From Eledone cirrhosa (lineage: Eukaryota): a DNA stretch of 64,000 bases. A program made the translations under genes and the position numbers. The notes under the pieces are model-generated. The model made no database searches. It was not told the origin of the DNA and was given only the letters and a program-made list of their open reading frames with translations. The stretch is from positions 32,612,001-32,676,000 of the forward strand of contig OZ024744.1 of NCBI GenBank assembly GCA_964016885.1, in the 5' to 3' direction. Positions 37,001 through 50,335 of this stretch are shown one piece after another (position 1 is the first letter of the stretch; the number at the start of each line of letters is the position of its first letter).

Positions 37001-39680
37001 TCCACATCCACAGTGGCACAGTCGGAAAATCTAGTCGATATCTATCGGCCAGGTCAGATTTGTCGATTAACTGTTTGAGGCTGTTACACCCCCCTTTATC
37101 GGGACATGCTCCCACATAGTCCCAACGTGCATCTAGGATTCCATTCCAGTCCCCCACTAAAAGCAAGGAGCGGGACGTTCCCAGAAAAGTCTCTAGACGT
37201 TTGAAGAAGTCTGGCCGTGGTGTCCCGGATGGGGCACTAGCCTCAAGGCTCCACCTTCACTACCGTCAACGTCTAGGACCACCAGTCGACCCTCCGGGTC
37301 CAGATGTACCGTCTGTGTTACGAGGTCCAGGTGTTTTCGCAGCAAAACGGCAACCCCACCCCCACCCCACGGCTGACAGAGAGATGCGTAGATCGCAAAT
37401 CCGTCGAAGATGGGAGCCAGTTGCCGCTCGCTGTGGATCCTGGACTCGCAAATGGCTACTACATCCATACTGTGCGACCTGAGGTCGTTTAAGAGATTGC
37501 CCTTTTTCCAGGGCATCCCCAGGCCGCGTACATTCACACATCCAACTCTTATATTGGCCATGTTGGTGCTGAAAATTCAAAAGAAGAGGAAAAGAAATCA
37601 CTCACCTCTTCGTCTCATGGGGACCAGGCTGCACAATTTCCATGGGGCTGTTGGAGGGTTTGTTTGGTGAGGTGGTGGTCTCTGGCGGGGTGGGGACGGA
37701 GATGTTTGGTGGGGAGGGGGTGTCTGGAGCGGGGGTGGGGAAACATTTCAAAAAGATGCGGTTATAGGGTTTGACGCAGGGGTTACCTACGTCGTTAGGA
37801 AATTTTTCTTTTAACTGTTTATGTGTGTCCATGGAGATCCTAATCATTTTAAGATCAGGATTCTCCGAAGAGTGTGTAAAAGTTTTACCTTCGGTCTCCA
37901 CCGTAGGGTTTTTATATATGGTGTCTGTTAAAGTTTTATTGTTAGTATTTATGTAGGTGTGACATTTTTGTTGTGTTGCTTTTTTTCTGTGGTTCTTGTG
38001 TGTGTTTACGTTTTGTTGTAGGTGTTTTGTTTTCAGGAGGAGGTGTTTTTGTTTGTGCTGTTTGTGTCGCTTGTATTGGTGTTTGTGTGTTTGTTGCATT
38101 TTTGTTTGTGTTATGTCTTTTCTTTTTTTCTTTTTACTGGTCGGAAAGGCTCTCACTCATCGTCACTGGGTGACGATGATGAGGCCTCATCCGTCTCGTT
38201 GGGGAGGGGTATATTTTTGGGAGCTGTTATGTGTGTGTGTGATTCTGGAGTTGTTTTAGGTGGAGAGTGTTTGGGTGGGACTGTGTTTGCAGTTTGGTTT
38301 GTTTTTGTGTGTTGTTGTTGTTGTTGTTGTTGTGGTGGTGGTGGTGGTTGTGTTGGGTGTCGGCAGTAGTGCCTTTTTTTTAATGCAGTTAATTGAGGAC
38401 AGGAAGCCCTCAGGTGACCACTGCTTAAACAGTGATAACATGAAGGCCGCCTACCCTCAACAGAAATGTTTATGTAGGAATTTCCATCCAGAGGCACACG
38501 TTGTGGTATTCTAGCTATCCGTTCTGGTCTCATTTGGACCAGAACTTCTAAGCTTGTACCGTTGAATATGCCCCTGGAGGACTTTCCTACCGAAATTACT
38601 GTATCTTCATCAAAATTGATGAAACCAGCTAATATCCACCAGATGTTTACATTTGGTGTGATATTTTTTACTTTTATTTTTTGGGTCCTTTTTCCCATGT
38701 ATCTGGGGAAAATTGTGTAGAGGGGGGGGGGGGGGGATACAATTGGCGACACAGAATATTTCTGTGCCGTCAATTGGTCTTTCATTATTATTGATAAACT
38801 CCCGAAGAGTTTTCCCTTCTGTATGCAGGTAATGTCCTTCATGGAGTTTCTTAGAACCAGCTCAATTCCATTTTGAGTTAATTGAACTGGTTTTCTGGTC
38901 GTATTTGAGATTGTCCTAAAAACTATGGTTTTCAGGACAGTGTCTCTACGCAATTATTGGGGAGAAGTGATGCTAAAAGCGCCATTCTCACCAAAAGTTA
39001 TATATTGCTTGGCATCTCTTAGCAATTCTCCGGCATTAGAGATGTCAATCTGTGTATATAGTTCTGTATTTTGGACAGTTTGTGCAAACGAAACCTTTTT
39101 CCTTGTTTGTGGAGTTGTTCTTATTAGTGTTGTTGTCATTATTGTCGCTGTTGTTGGTGTTGTTGTCATCATTGTTGCTGTTGTTGTCATTGTTGTTGTA
39201 GTTCTCAATTGCTTCATCTGTGGTTGCGGAATTCATTTGTGAAGTTGTATTTTCGTTTTTAGCATTGTTGTTATTGTTGTTGCTGGTGCCGCTGGTTGTG
39301 TTGTTTTGGTTTGTTGCCATGGCAACGTCAAGTTGTCGATCAGCAGGTGGAGAAAATCCTTCCTCTGGCTGACCTTTGTCTTTGACATCTGCTACTATGA
39401 CAGTGGTAGGGAGAAGCTGTAAGCATATCTTCCCCTTTCCTCCTTCGAATGTTGGTGAAGAAGCTTCAGCCATTTTTTTTAAATGTTAGCTTTTCCAAAA
39501 AAAACATTTTATGCACTATTTCGCCTAAAGGCGTAGAATATTTTGAGAGACTGACCAGATCAAAATTTGACCTGGCAGTCCCTCTACAAATTCGTACAAA
39601 AATGAAGGTTCACAGTTAAGAATTTCTATAGAAATTTAGGCAGAACTTACCCAGCAAGTTTCACGCGTGTGTCCATCCCA
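34068..39680 (-). mobile_element. Tx1-type LINE unit K, full length, decayed
   Basis: ORF1 remnants 39473-37602 (CYHCLSSGHLRASC), ORF2 remnants 37561-34300 including a 557-aa RT frame, AATAAA at 34073-34078, (AGAT)n on both sides. Confidence 0.93.
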
Positions 39681-40495
39681 GATATAGATAGATAGAGAGA
39701 TATACACACACGCGTGTGGTTTGGTCACAATTGGGTTATCATTCGATTTTGAGAACACAGGGAGAGAGAGAAAGAGAGCCGTGTCGGATGCATACCAAAT
39801 GTTCTTTTCTTAATATTTCATGACACGTAATTCCACTATATTTTATTTTAACGAATGAAAAATAAAAACTTATTTCGTAACGTCTCTACGTTTCCATATT
39901 TATTTTATACTAAAATTAACATTTATTTATCTTTCGGGGCAAGATATCTAAACTATGATAAAGGAGTGCGGGACTGCGTACAGTTTATTTTTTTAATCCA
40001 GTTAGTTGGATTACTTTGAATAACTAATGAATGAATTTATGTACTAAATTTCGTAAATATAAATAATTTAAAATTGACTTCTTTTCAAAGTTTCAAATTT
40101 CTACACTTCCGGTACATCGTCGCCACCACCACCACTTCAACTACCATATATATAGAAAGAGAGAGTTTGTGATGAGAGAGATATAGTGATTATGATTTTC
40201 TACCCGCTGACGCGTATGCTTGTGCACGCAAACAAACTTATAAAAATACACGCTGACGGACATAGAATCAGATAAATACACATATACATTTACACAAACA
40301 CACATTCACACATACATTTACACAAACACACACATACAGTCATCATAGCAGCGTTCAGTGAATTGGAAATGGGAGGGTAAAAACAAGTATAACGCTTTAT
40401 TTAATTAACACAGTTTAACTCTTTTTTTTTAAACTCATTTGTATAAAAATTGTATATAATGATTACAGAACGATAACACTAACAAATATAATATA

Positions 40496-43400
40496 CTAGC
40501 AGTTTATCCCGGCGTTGCTCGGGTTTGTTCATTTGCTATGAAAAGTTACATACAGGCAAACGTGGCTTGAAAGCGAATAAGCTTATCAATTAAATGCATA
40601 AAGCAGTTGAAACGGTTATTAAAAGTTACGAACCAATTAACATTTTTGACAATCAATGATGGGTTAATAATCTTCCAATACCGAATTTAGTAGACCAAAG
40701 CTGCAAGATGGTGGCCCTGATGCTACCAGGAAATTGTTTTCCATATGGCATAGCTCCAACACCTCCACCAACATCTATATAGCGTGACGATATAGCGTGT
40801 CATGGACATGGCAAAACATGGTCTTACCGGGAATTGGGATCGCCGGAAATCGAACGGGATATCTGACGCCGAGGGGAAAAGGTTCATCCTTGGAATGAAA
40901 ACATTCTCCCCTCTCCCGCACCCAGTTACAAAGGTGGGCTCAATCTAGTGGGGCGTCGGTGACTTGACGACCATGCAAGTACCGTTGCACTGCTTTGGTG
41001 GACGCAAGTTCCTTATTAGCATAGTGGGACAGCCAACCCTAAGCTTAAGAATGTGAGGTGGGAGCCCTGGGGGCTCAAGGGAATTTAATAGCTCAACCGG
41101 ATAATTAAGGATATTGTCGGGGTCTGACGTCCGGTCGATAGATTTGAAGATGTTCTCTTTACCGGGAATCTTCTGAATCAGCTGCTCGTTAATAAAATTA
41201 ACCATGGTATTTTTCGGAGCAAGGATGGCTCTTTCGCTGAGCCAGTCGAGATTTTTAAAGTTAGATGAGACATTAGGAAAAACTGCTTCCCAAATGTCAG
41301 AAGGGCTGCTCACAATGTTGCACAGGGAGTCGATTGCTATGCCGCCCTTGTCATCCGCAGAGAGCTTGCCCTCATTGCTAAAATGTTCTGAGCAAATGCT
41401 GCAGATATGTCACCATGCAAATGAGCACGCATATTTATGCTCAGGTACAAACTCTTCACCTGGAGCCACAACATGGACGATTTAAGGCAGGCACGCACTT
41501 CATCAGCTCTTATCCCTTTGGGGATGACAGGCAGCGTTTTCCGAAAATCCCCTGAGAGCAGAAGGGTTACGCCACCCATAGGAGCCGTAGAATCCCTAAT
41601 GTCTTTCAGCGTCCCGTCCAATGACTCAAGGGCACCCTTGTGTGCCATTGTGTACTCATCCCAAACATCGAGGCAACATTTTTTGAGAATCAGAGCTTCG
41701 TGTGAACTCTTGCTGATATTGCATGTTGGTGTCTCAGTTTTTATTAAATCCAAGGGGAGTTTAAAGGTTCAATGTGCTGTCCTGCCTCCCGGCAGCAAAG
41801 TAGCAGCGATCCCGGACGATGCAACGGCCAACGCAATTTTTTTCTCCTGACGAATCTTAGCGAGAATCAATTTCGTTACAAAAGTTTTCCGGTACCCCCA
41901 GGAGCATCGAGAAAGTAAATACCCCCAGACTGATTTTGAACCGCGTCAATGATAGTTAAATAGGCCAACCTTTGGTCCGACAGAAGTTTGGGCTCATTTT
42001 CCTCTAAGTATTGGGAAAGAGATTCGATGTCATATGCTGTTTCCCGCAACAAATCCGGGGCCAACGTGTTAGCTTCCTCTCTGGCGGTTGACGGCAAGTC
42101 ATACGTCGCCAACTCACTCCCACCCATGTCGAGGAGGGCGTCCTCGATATCAATGAGTCCCCTTGTGTAGATAATGTCGCTGTAACCAACTTCCACTGAA
42201 GGATACTGCAGATGAGCCAGGCGCAGGATATCCTTAGACATGAAGTCTCTGTACTTGACCCATAAAGATTTGGGATCACACGATTCACACTTTTGAAGCA
42301 AAATGGCAAAGAGTTCCCGTAGACCTTTAGGTGATTTCAACAAAGCACCCTCTGCTAAAGTGGAATCCCATTGCGAATCATCTTCCAAAATACCACGCTT
42401 AAAGCAGGCTTCCCGGTACGTATCACATATTTCTCCAACAGTTTTGAGGTCCTGAAAACTTTGTGGGCCTACAACTTCATGCAGGAAAAGGCGGAGATGA
42501 AAGCACTCATGCTGACTTGGGGGCACAGTGTAAACCCTTCCAAGACAGCTGTCAAATTTTACACCAGGAGGACCTGACTTTCTTCGCACCCAAGTGTTTT
42601 TCGACCATATAAAGTAGGATGGAACCTGGGGGTACACAATTGTTTGCGCAAATGTATCGAACTGGCAAAGTTTGAAGAAACCCGTCTTTCGGATCGGCGG
42701 CCAACTTGGCGGCGGTTTGGTCCGTAAAGTAAACCCTTTGCCCATTTTCCAAATGTACCGCAAGCTGTACGATGGCAGGGTGCCGTTGGTGTAGGGGTAA
42801 CCCAAATAGGCGCCAAAAAGCTTCATTGCTACTGATGTGTCGCCCCGCCAGGTTATCTGTGACCTCGTCCCTGCTGTTTTGCGAACATTGCGGCATCAGA
42901 GCCCTTATTTACATATTTGCATATGTATTTTATCGACTTGACGGAGTTGCAAAACTCAATGTTGGTGTGGGCGTTGAACATCTTCAAGAGAAGCGGGAAG
43001 TAAGGGACCACCCATCTATTGTCGACTTGACCTCCCCTTACTGTTGTGGTGAAGCCACCGTTCTCGGGCCATCTCCGCCTGTACAGGGGGTTCCCGTCGC
43101 CACCAGTCTGAGTCTGGTCAACAAATTTTTTGGAGTATCCCTTACTGCACGGCCCCCATTTCAGACACGTGTGATGCTCATTAGGACCCGACGTACACGA
43201 ACCATGTTAGCTTTGACGATGTCATGTAATTCCTGGTCAGTTGCTGGGTTAGGGATTTCAGCCGAAATGAAGCTGTCTATGGCATTTGAATTGATTTTAT
43301 CAGCTAACCAATTCAAAATGTGAGCATGTGGCAGCTCTCGTTTTTGCCATTCGACGGTGAACATGTCACATTTTACAGCCCCAAATATCTGACCCTTTTT

Positions 43401-43876
43401 TTATTAAAGCCATAAGTTTAGCCAGTTTCAGTCTGAACACTGAGGTCATGTCTGTTCGAATTATGTTGCCCAGGAAAAAGTTCACGGGTTACATTCCTAT
43501 TCATATGTCTATAGCATTAATCTGTTATATGAAGTGTTATTTTGCGGGTTGTTATTTGCAATAAGCCGATTGAAAATGCCGCAGATAAGCCGTATGTCAA
43601 TACGGAACGCTCAATATGGAACGCTTCACTGCAGTGTTGTCATATAGGGAGTGAAGAGCGACAGAGAGAGTAAAGCAGTTAAATTATAGAGAGGGGGAAT
43701 GATCATGATTGATTTTTGCCTTTATTGTTGATGGATTTGAAATTTGTTTGCCTCATGTCCTTTTCCTGACCAAAAGCAATAATTGTCCCGACTTTGAATA
43801 GAATCTGTTGGAAATTGTGGACGTGCATACGTTACAAACCTTAACACACACATGCTCAGATTTATATATATATAGA
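40496..43876 (-). mobile_element. Helitron, internally deleted, both termini retained
   Basis: 5' end TCTATATATATATAAA at 43876. 3' end is the hairpin CCCGAGCAACGCCGGG, then ATAAACTG, then CTAG|T at 40496. Rep-helicase remnants lie between. Confidence 0.88.
40860..43440 (-). pseudogene. Helitron RepHel (HUH Rep + PIF1-family helicase), fragmented
   Basis: VEWQKRELPHAHIL (HUH), GRHISSNEAFWRLF..LAVHLENGQ, DAPGGTGK (Walker A), WDE, GDFRKTLPVI, RAILAPKN, PPHILKLRVGCP.MLIRNL. Confidence 0.9.
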
Positions 43877-44619
43877 CACAAAAGAAAGGGAAAGGAAAAA
43901 AGAAAGAAAAAATACACAAGCACGTAATACCCATATCTTAGACCCAATAGAACAATATGCAGGCGAAAGAATGGAAAAACGAGATGCTACCAGAGCAAAA
44001 GATAGCAATATAGCAAGGAGCACTGGGTAACCACTAATAATGTTTTAGGCAAGCCAGCACGCTTGCAGCGTTACCTGGGGATGATGGCGAGGCTGAGGTG
44101 CTGGAACAATCAAGTGCCCTCACGAGCATCACCAGTTACCTCTCTTTGACGAGCCGCCGGTGAAGATAAAAACCTCGTTGTCAGTAGTCCGACTCACCCC
44201 CAATGTCTAAAACGCCATAGGCTGGATAATGTAGTTAGAAGAAAAAGAGCCACTAACTGACGTCCCAGGTAAGGCACCTGCCTCATGACCAGGAGCACGG
44301 AGTAAAACGGCAAGTCTTTTACCATCAATTCTGACGGTTCCAAAATTGAGGGGATGTTTGCCCGGGCCAAAACCCTTGAGTGGTAATAGGACTGTGTGTA
44401 TGTGCACGCGCGAGTTTGACGGTGTTCTTAAATTAGAGACATGTGTGTGTGTGTGTGTGTCACTGTTTTTAAGTTAGACATATATATGTGTGTATCCCTT
44501 TCCTTCCTTTTACAGATACATTCACACAAACACACATACACATTATGTGATGGACGGGTGGACAGAAGTCCCTCAAATTTATATACATGTGAATGGAGTT
44601 CTACTGAAGCAGTTAGAGA

Positions 44620-45176
44620 AGTTCATGAGTGATGGAATGCAGGAGGCTGAATAAAGTACAAGAATTGCAAAAGCTAATGCAGTAATGCGCCAGCATCAGC
44701 AATCAGAAGAAGCCAAACCCGCTGTCTTCCCTGTATTCCTGCCAACTCTTACCGAGGATCATGAGTCTTGAGTAATGACCAAAAGAATACAATTGCAAAT
44801 AAAAGCGGCAGAAATGGGATTTCTCCGAAGGGTCTTTGGAGTAACGTTACTTGATAAAGTGCATAGCTCAGAGACCAGAGAGTCACTCCTGATAGAGCCG
44901 CTACCTCTCCAAATTGAGAGATCACAACTCCGATATTATGAGCATGTGGTCAGAATGTCTCAGTAAAGAATCGTTGGACACATTTTACAGGCAAAACCAA
45001 CCGGCAGGAGATCCAGAGGTAGACCCTGAGCAAGATAGTTGGATAACATCCATGAGCTTGGCTGGTCACGCTTTGGGATCCAGCTGGATCAGTTAGAAAT
45101 GTTTGCTACTGACAGACAGGCTGGAAGGAGTGTTTGAGAAGGACTCTTCCCCCACGACCCTCGACGAAGAAGAAGA
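44620..45176 (+). mobile_element. RTE-clade LINE 3' fragment
   Basis: MTKRIQLQIKAAEMGFLRRVFGVTLLDKV...IERSQLRYYEHVVRM, ending in (GAA)n; homologous to 25250-25696. Confidence 0.85.
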
Positions 45177-45194
45177 TATTGTCAATTTACTTTT

Positions 45195-45230
<36 letters not shown>

Positions 45231-45499
45231 TATATATATATATATATATATTTTTTTTTGCGTATAATACGAATATGCACACTAAATATGCTAGCAGAAA
45301 ACCGCCTCTGGGTGGTTTTTCTGCTCGTAATTGTAATATTTATTGTAATTCTTTAAAAACAAAAACAATTTTAAAATCAAATCAGCAATTCGAAAAATAC
45401 ATTTTTTTTTCTCTCCAAAAAAATGTATTTCAAAGTATTAACCTTCTGTGGGGTAATTAAAAAAATATATATACAATATACAAGTGGAATCTGTTTCTT

Positions 45500-46430
45500 C
45501 TACAACAACTACAACGGTACGCGATGGGACCCACCCACAGCCCCGGCGGACAGAATGGAGAAGAGGTTTCCCCGGAGGACGGCGAGGGAGACGCGCTGAA
45601 TGAGCCATTCCAACCCGCGGGCCTCACATCTGCGGCTGGCCAGCTCAGCGCCTATGGTGGTGAGTAAGGAGGTAGCCCTGGGGCCGAGGACACCAGAAGT
45701 CTCCACTGCCAGGAGTACGACCGCAAACCTGTCGGAGAGCGAACGGTATTTGAGGAGTTTGGCTCCCTTAGCCTGACGTGCAGCAAAACCTGGGTCAGTC
45801 GCAGACTGCACCAGGTTGCGGCTGCAGAAAGTGTCGGTGCAAGTGGCAGCACAGACGAGGGGTTTGCCACTGCGGAACGGGAAGATGGTCATGCCATCTG
45901 GCCTTTTGCCGTCCCATCGATCCAGCCCCACCGGCTCAAGATGGGAAGGGAAGCCTGCAGCGTCCAAGCCACGCTTAATGACCTCGTTGAGGGCAGCATG
46001 GCGTGGAATGCGGTCGGCACTGTGGCGACAGGAAAGCGGGTGGAGACCGAAAGAGTCCACGGTGGAACCGCAGCGACATTGGTGTGACTGGCAGATCCGG
46101 AGGCCGAGCCTCAGGGAAAAGCCGATGCGCAGGCTATGGTTGTCTAGCTGCGTGCCAGTGGAGCAGGAGGGCAGGACATGGAGCCAGGCACCACTGCGAG
46201 GTTTGGAGGCCGCACGAAAACAAGCAAGCGGTGCTGGTCGAGCTGGCGCGTGAGCCTGTCTGAAGCCAGACTGCAGTGGATGGCATCCCAAGTGCTTTGA
46301 GGGGGGACTTGACGTCAGCAGGGGGAGAAGGAGGAGGGACGTCTACTGGGTAAGTCCCAGCCGGTCCCACGTTTCACAGGCGGCCTCACGTTCTCTGAAC
46401 ACAGAGGGTTCTGTTGTGTATAGTGAAATA
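45500..46430 (-). mobile_element. CRE-like non-LTR retrotransposon 3' fragment with zinc finger and restriction-like endonuclease
   Basis: GC-rich ORF 45509-46291: SGAWL, LRLG, CRC...H.LSC, RH..LN, EP, KRPDG, K..KY, ETSG.LG, SLAVLRGN. Confidence 0.8.
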
Positions 46431-48268
46431 GAGAAGCTTTCGTTAGAGGAAGCCGAGTCGATTATGTATGTTTTAATATTTAAAAGTATAAATATCCAAC
46501 AACATTAGCTGATAAATAAAGGAAAGCTGAATTGTTCAATATTTAGAGAAAAGATTTACGGCTAGAGCAATTTTTTCATGGATTATTTTGAGGCTAAATG
46601 CTTTAGTCACGCATCAGACTATTAAAGCTTAATACTTACCAATATTACTGGTGTCTGAATGAAAATTAAGGGCTCTGCATAGTCAGGTTTGGGACCATAC
46701 TTTTTAAAATGAAAGCGTGGTCGAACCTTTTTAAGAATCACATCTGTGATGGTATTTTCTTGTTTCTCTCTGCTGCATATAGATGTAGGGTCTGGGTGGG
46801 TAAACAGACACTGACGAGCCAACGAGAGAACATCTACGTGGTTTCTCGAAGTTCGTGAATTGACAGTGAAATGCCGCTGAAATGAGACATCATTGGGAAA
46901 AATGCTTGTAATCCTAAACAGTGTATTTGTATAAAAAAATATCGTGTCATTCAATTGGGAGAATTCTATGATCACTATTGTACTGAGTAAATACACACAC
47001 ACACACACACACACGAGTAAAAGCTGTGTCGGACGCACACAATCTTTTTGCCTTAATACTTCGTATACCAATAAAAAAAATAAAGACTTTTATTTCCATA
47101 TTTATTTTATACAAAAATTAACATTTCTTATTTATCTTTCGAAGCAACAAAATTGTAATATATTTATTTAAATTCTTCAAACACAAACCATTTTAAAATT
47201 AAATCAGCAATTCAACAAGCAATTTCCTTTCCAGTGAATTTATCTGTGTCTGAGTAAAAAAAAAAAATATATATATATATATATATATCAGAATACATAA
47301 ATACAGTTGAATGTTGTTTTCATTGAAGAGCATAGAACTGCAGAGACAACTACATCACATTTTGAAATAAAAATCTACCTCATTTAATCGTTCTATCCAA
47401 TAATGGAGATTTAATAACTGATTCCAATTTTCTTTTGCAGGTTATGAACTTAAAAACAGATTTACTAAATTAAAAGAATTCGCCATGTTTATCAGCACAA
47501 GAGGGCAGCAACACTAAAAAAACAAATTCCAGTTTTTTAAACCCTTTCGTTAGAGGAATCCGAGTCGATTATGTATGTTTTAATATTTTAAAGTATAAAT
47601 ATCCAACAACATTAGGTGATATATAAATGAAAGCTGAACTGTTGTTCAATATTTAGAGAAATAGATTCACATATGTTAAGGCTAAATACTAAAGGCTTAC
47701 CAATATTACTGGTGTCTGAATCAAATTGAAGGTTTCTGCATACTTTAGGTTTGGGATCATATTCTTTAAAATGAAAGAATAGTCGAGCTCTTTTACAAAT
47801 CACTTGATGATTTATTCTAGGGTAGGATTCATAAATTTCTAAAAGAACTGGTTCGCCATTCATTTTGACAGGTTCTTGCTGAAAATAATGTGTGTTTTAT
47901 AGAATAGATTTAAATAAGTCGATACTAATCATTGAAAAGTTTTATATTGGCAATAAAATAAAAATGGACTTTCTTCAACATTTCATTTCGTATAAACATT
48001 CAGAATATAAAGAAAGAAAATACGAGATAAAAACTTTGTATATAATGATAAAAATAAATAATATTTTTAAATAACTTACTTGATGATACATCGTTAGAAA
48101 TATATGAAGACTGGTAAATTAATTCAAGAATCATGAAATAAATATTTAACTTAGATACTATATATAGTGATTTTGAATGGTTGTATTAAGAGTTGACCCC
48201 GATAACACAAAATGGATTAACTTAACTGGCAGGATTTCATGCGCGTATAAACACACATAATATATATA

Positions 48269-48423
<155 letters not shown>

Positions 48424-48424
48424 C

Positions 48425-48965
48425 GTAAAATAAGAAAATTATAAAATTAACTTACTTACTAAAAAATCACTTCCAACTAATTAGTTTCTGGAATGGAGTA
48501 AATATATTTTCCGAAGAAACTTATAGAAAATCATTCCGTCATCAGGAAAGTCTTTTTCCGTATAGGTCTCCAGGCATAGCGAGGACACTGGAAACTTATT
48601 AAAAAAATAATTCAGTGGAATGGAAATAGCGATGCGTGGACTGGATTCCAAGCCATTGAGAAAGTCACTGCCTCTACGTCCGTGGCAAATTCAAAAAGAA
48701 TCAATCACGTGACATCGAGGTCAATCAGTGGAAAGCGAGTGGTTATTAAGACAGCGGGACAAGTGAATCGCGTAAAGCGAGTGAGACAAGTAAACAAGAA
48801 GGAAAAGCAAACCGAAGGTCGGAAAACAGCAAGCAACATGGTTATCCGTTACTAATATATAAAACGTATATAAATAAATACGTATATAACGCACGCACAC
48901 ACATACCTACATGTAAATAGACATATGTTCGCAGACGTACGTCAACCAAAACACAAAGTACACAT

Positions 48966-48970
<5 letters not shown>
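48425..48970 (-). mobile_element. PLE 3' UTR / pseudo-LTR fragment related to the element at 1-1306
   Basis: ~48868-48970 aligns by eye to ~163-270. Contains a hammerhead motif and is flanked by (TA)n. Confidence 0.65.
48469..48551 (-). ncRNA. Type I hammerhead ribozyme motif
   Basis: Minus strand reads ACTTTC-CTGATGA-CGGAATG...CATTCCA-GAAAC-TAATTA-GTT-GGAAGT. Core boxes are intact, stems I and II pair, and stem III is palindromic (AACTAATTAGTT). Confidence 0.7.
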
Positions 48971-48999
<29 letters not shown>

Positions 49000-49065
49000 T
49001 TATAAGTTGAAAAAAAATGAAAACGAAATTTCATTTCTCACTCTTAGTATATATTTATATATATA

Positions 49066-50132
49066 TAGGAAAAAGTATGACCCCGACGGCAGAGCTCAAG
49101 CCGTTTCGGCGGCTATTTCTGGATTAAATTAGAATTTTTAGCCTGGTGAATAAATAGCCGAACTTGTCAAGGGAGTACTTCCTTATATGGGAAGATTGTC
49201 AAGAGCATTGCTTAAAATTTGTTGTAAACACAAATAAGTCTATCATGGCATTTGGTGGGAGGTAGGGGTGGCTGAACTTGCCTGTAGAAGAATAGAGAAG
49301 TGAGTGGATCGGTTAAGCATTGAAAGTGATATGTTTACAGCAGATTCTAAGGATAGTGTTTGAAATGGAGGAGGGAGGTTATAGAATAGGTAAATCGAAT
49401 GAGAGTAGGAGACAATAAAAGATACCAGAAAGAAATTAAAAAAATATATAAAATTAGATAGTGAGAAATGAATAAAAAAATCCCAATGCTATCTTACAAT
49501 TACAGGTTAATAAGTTGAGAATAGAAAAAACGTGTAGGAATTGAGTGGTACTAAAACTGATACAAAAATAAAAGGGGTTTCAAACGTCTGCTACAAGTAG
49601 TTAGTAAAACGTATTCGGCCAATTCTATCTTAAAATAACAGGAGTGGGGGAACTGATGCTACAGAGGCCCGATGGGCTGCATCGGGGTAGGCGAAAGGGG
49701 AAAAGCAGACGAGGAAGAAAATAGGGGGTGGAAGGAAATGATAGGATGAGACCGGGGGAAGAAGGAGACAACGAGGAAAAGAAAAGAAAAGGATACATCT
49801 ACCTATGTAAGGTGGGGTTTCGCCTAACTTATTCGGCAAGTAAGGGGGGTATCAACCCTTTTCTACCCACCCGTGTCGTTATGGGGGTTTGAGGGCGAGG
49901 TAAGTCCTACGCAATCTGTGTTTGCATGCGGTTACCAGTTCGTCTTTCTTGTTTAGGAGGTGGTCCTTCGAAAACAGCATTTGCAATTATAATTTAGTCA
50001 AGAAATAGTCGTCGAAACGACTTGACCTCTGCCGTCGGGGTCATACTTTTTCCTATTTCCCACTCTACTACCCTAAGTATTGAGTACTCTGGTGCCTAAT
50101 GGTCCATCTAGTTCCTTACCACATTTCCTTTG

Positions 50133-50134
<2 letters not shown>
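49066..50134 (-). mobile_element. PLE 3' fragment preceded by an inverted pseudo-LTR
   Basis: Minus frame near 49890-49978 reads LFSKDHLLNKKDELVTACKHR (GIY-YIG C-terminus). 49066-49135 is an inverted repeat of ~49988-50057. (TA)n flanks. Confidence 0.75.
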
Positions 50135-50197
<63 letters not shown>

Positions 50198-50236
50198 GTG
50201 TGTGTGTATATATATATATATATACACATATATACA

Positions 50237-50335
50237 CAGTTGTCCCTCTGTATTCGAAAGGATTACGTTCCTAGCGCACCCGTGAAGAGCGAAAATCCGC
50301 GAATATTGAATGTGGTTCATAACAATAACGTCAAA
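50237..50335. mobile_element. Probable pogo/Tigger-type MITE end
   Basis: CAGTTGTCCCTCTGTATTCG...TTACGTTCC...GCGAAAATCCGCG resembles Tigger-family TIR ends. A similar CAGTGTACCCC-like end lies at ~53321. No partner TIR found. Confidence 0.4.

Noticed and set aside
37569-37605. 37-nt GT..AG mini-intron in unit K that would fuse ORF1 in frame to ORF2
   Set aside because: Very short, and the AG is absent from the spacers of C, D and H, so it is not a conserved feature.
6763-39680. Telomeric retrotransposon array interpretation
   Set aside because: No TTAGGG-type repeats, the array is internal, and it switches strand.
43950-44400. GC-richer island that may be a retroelement 5' region
   Set aside because: No motif, ORF or second copy in the window to support a call.
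47441-47572. Plus-strand exon-like segment (TTTTGCAG...GTATGT)
   Set aside because: Stop codons in all three frames and no partner exons.
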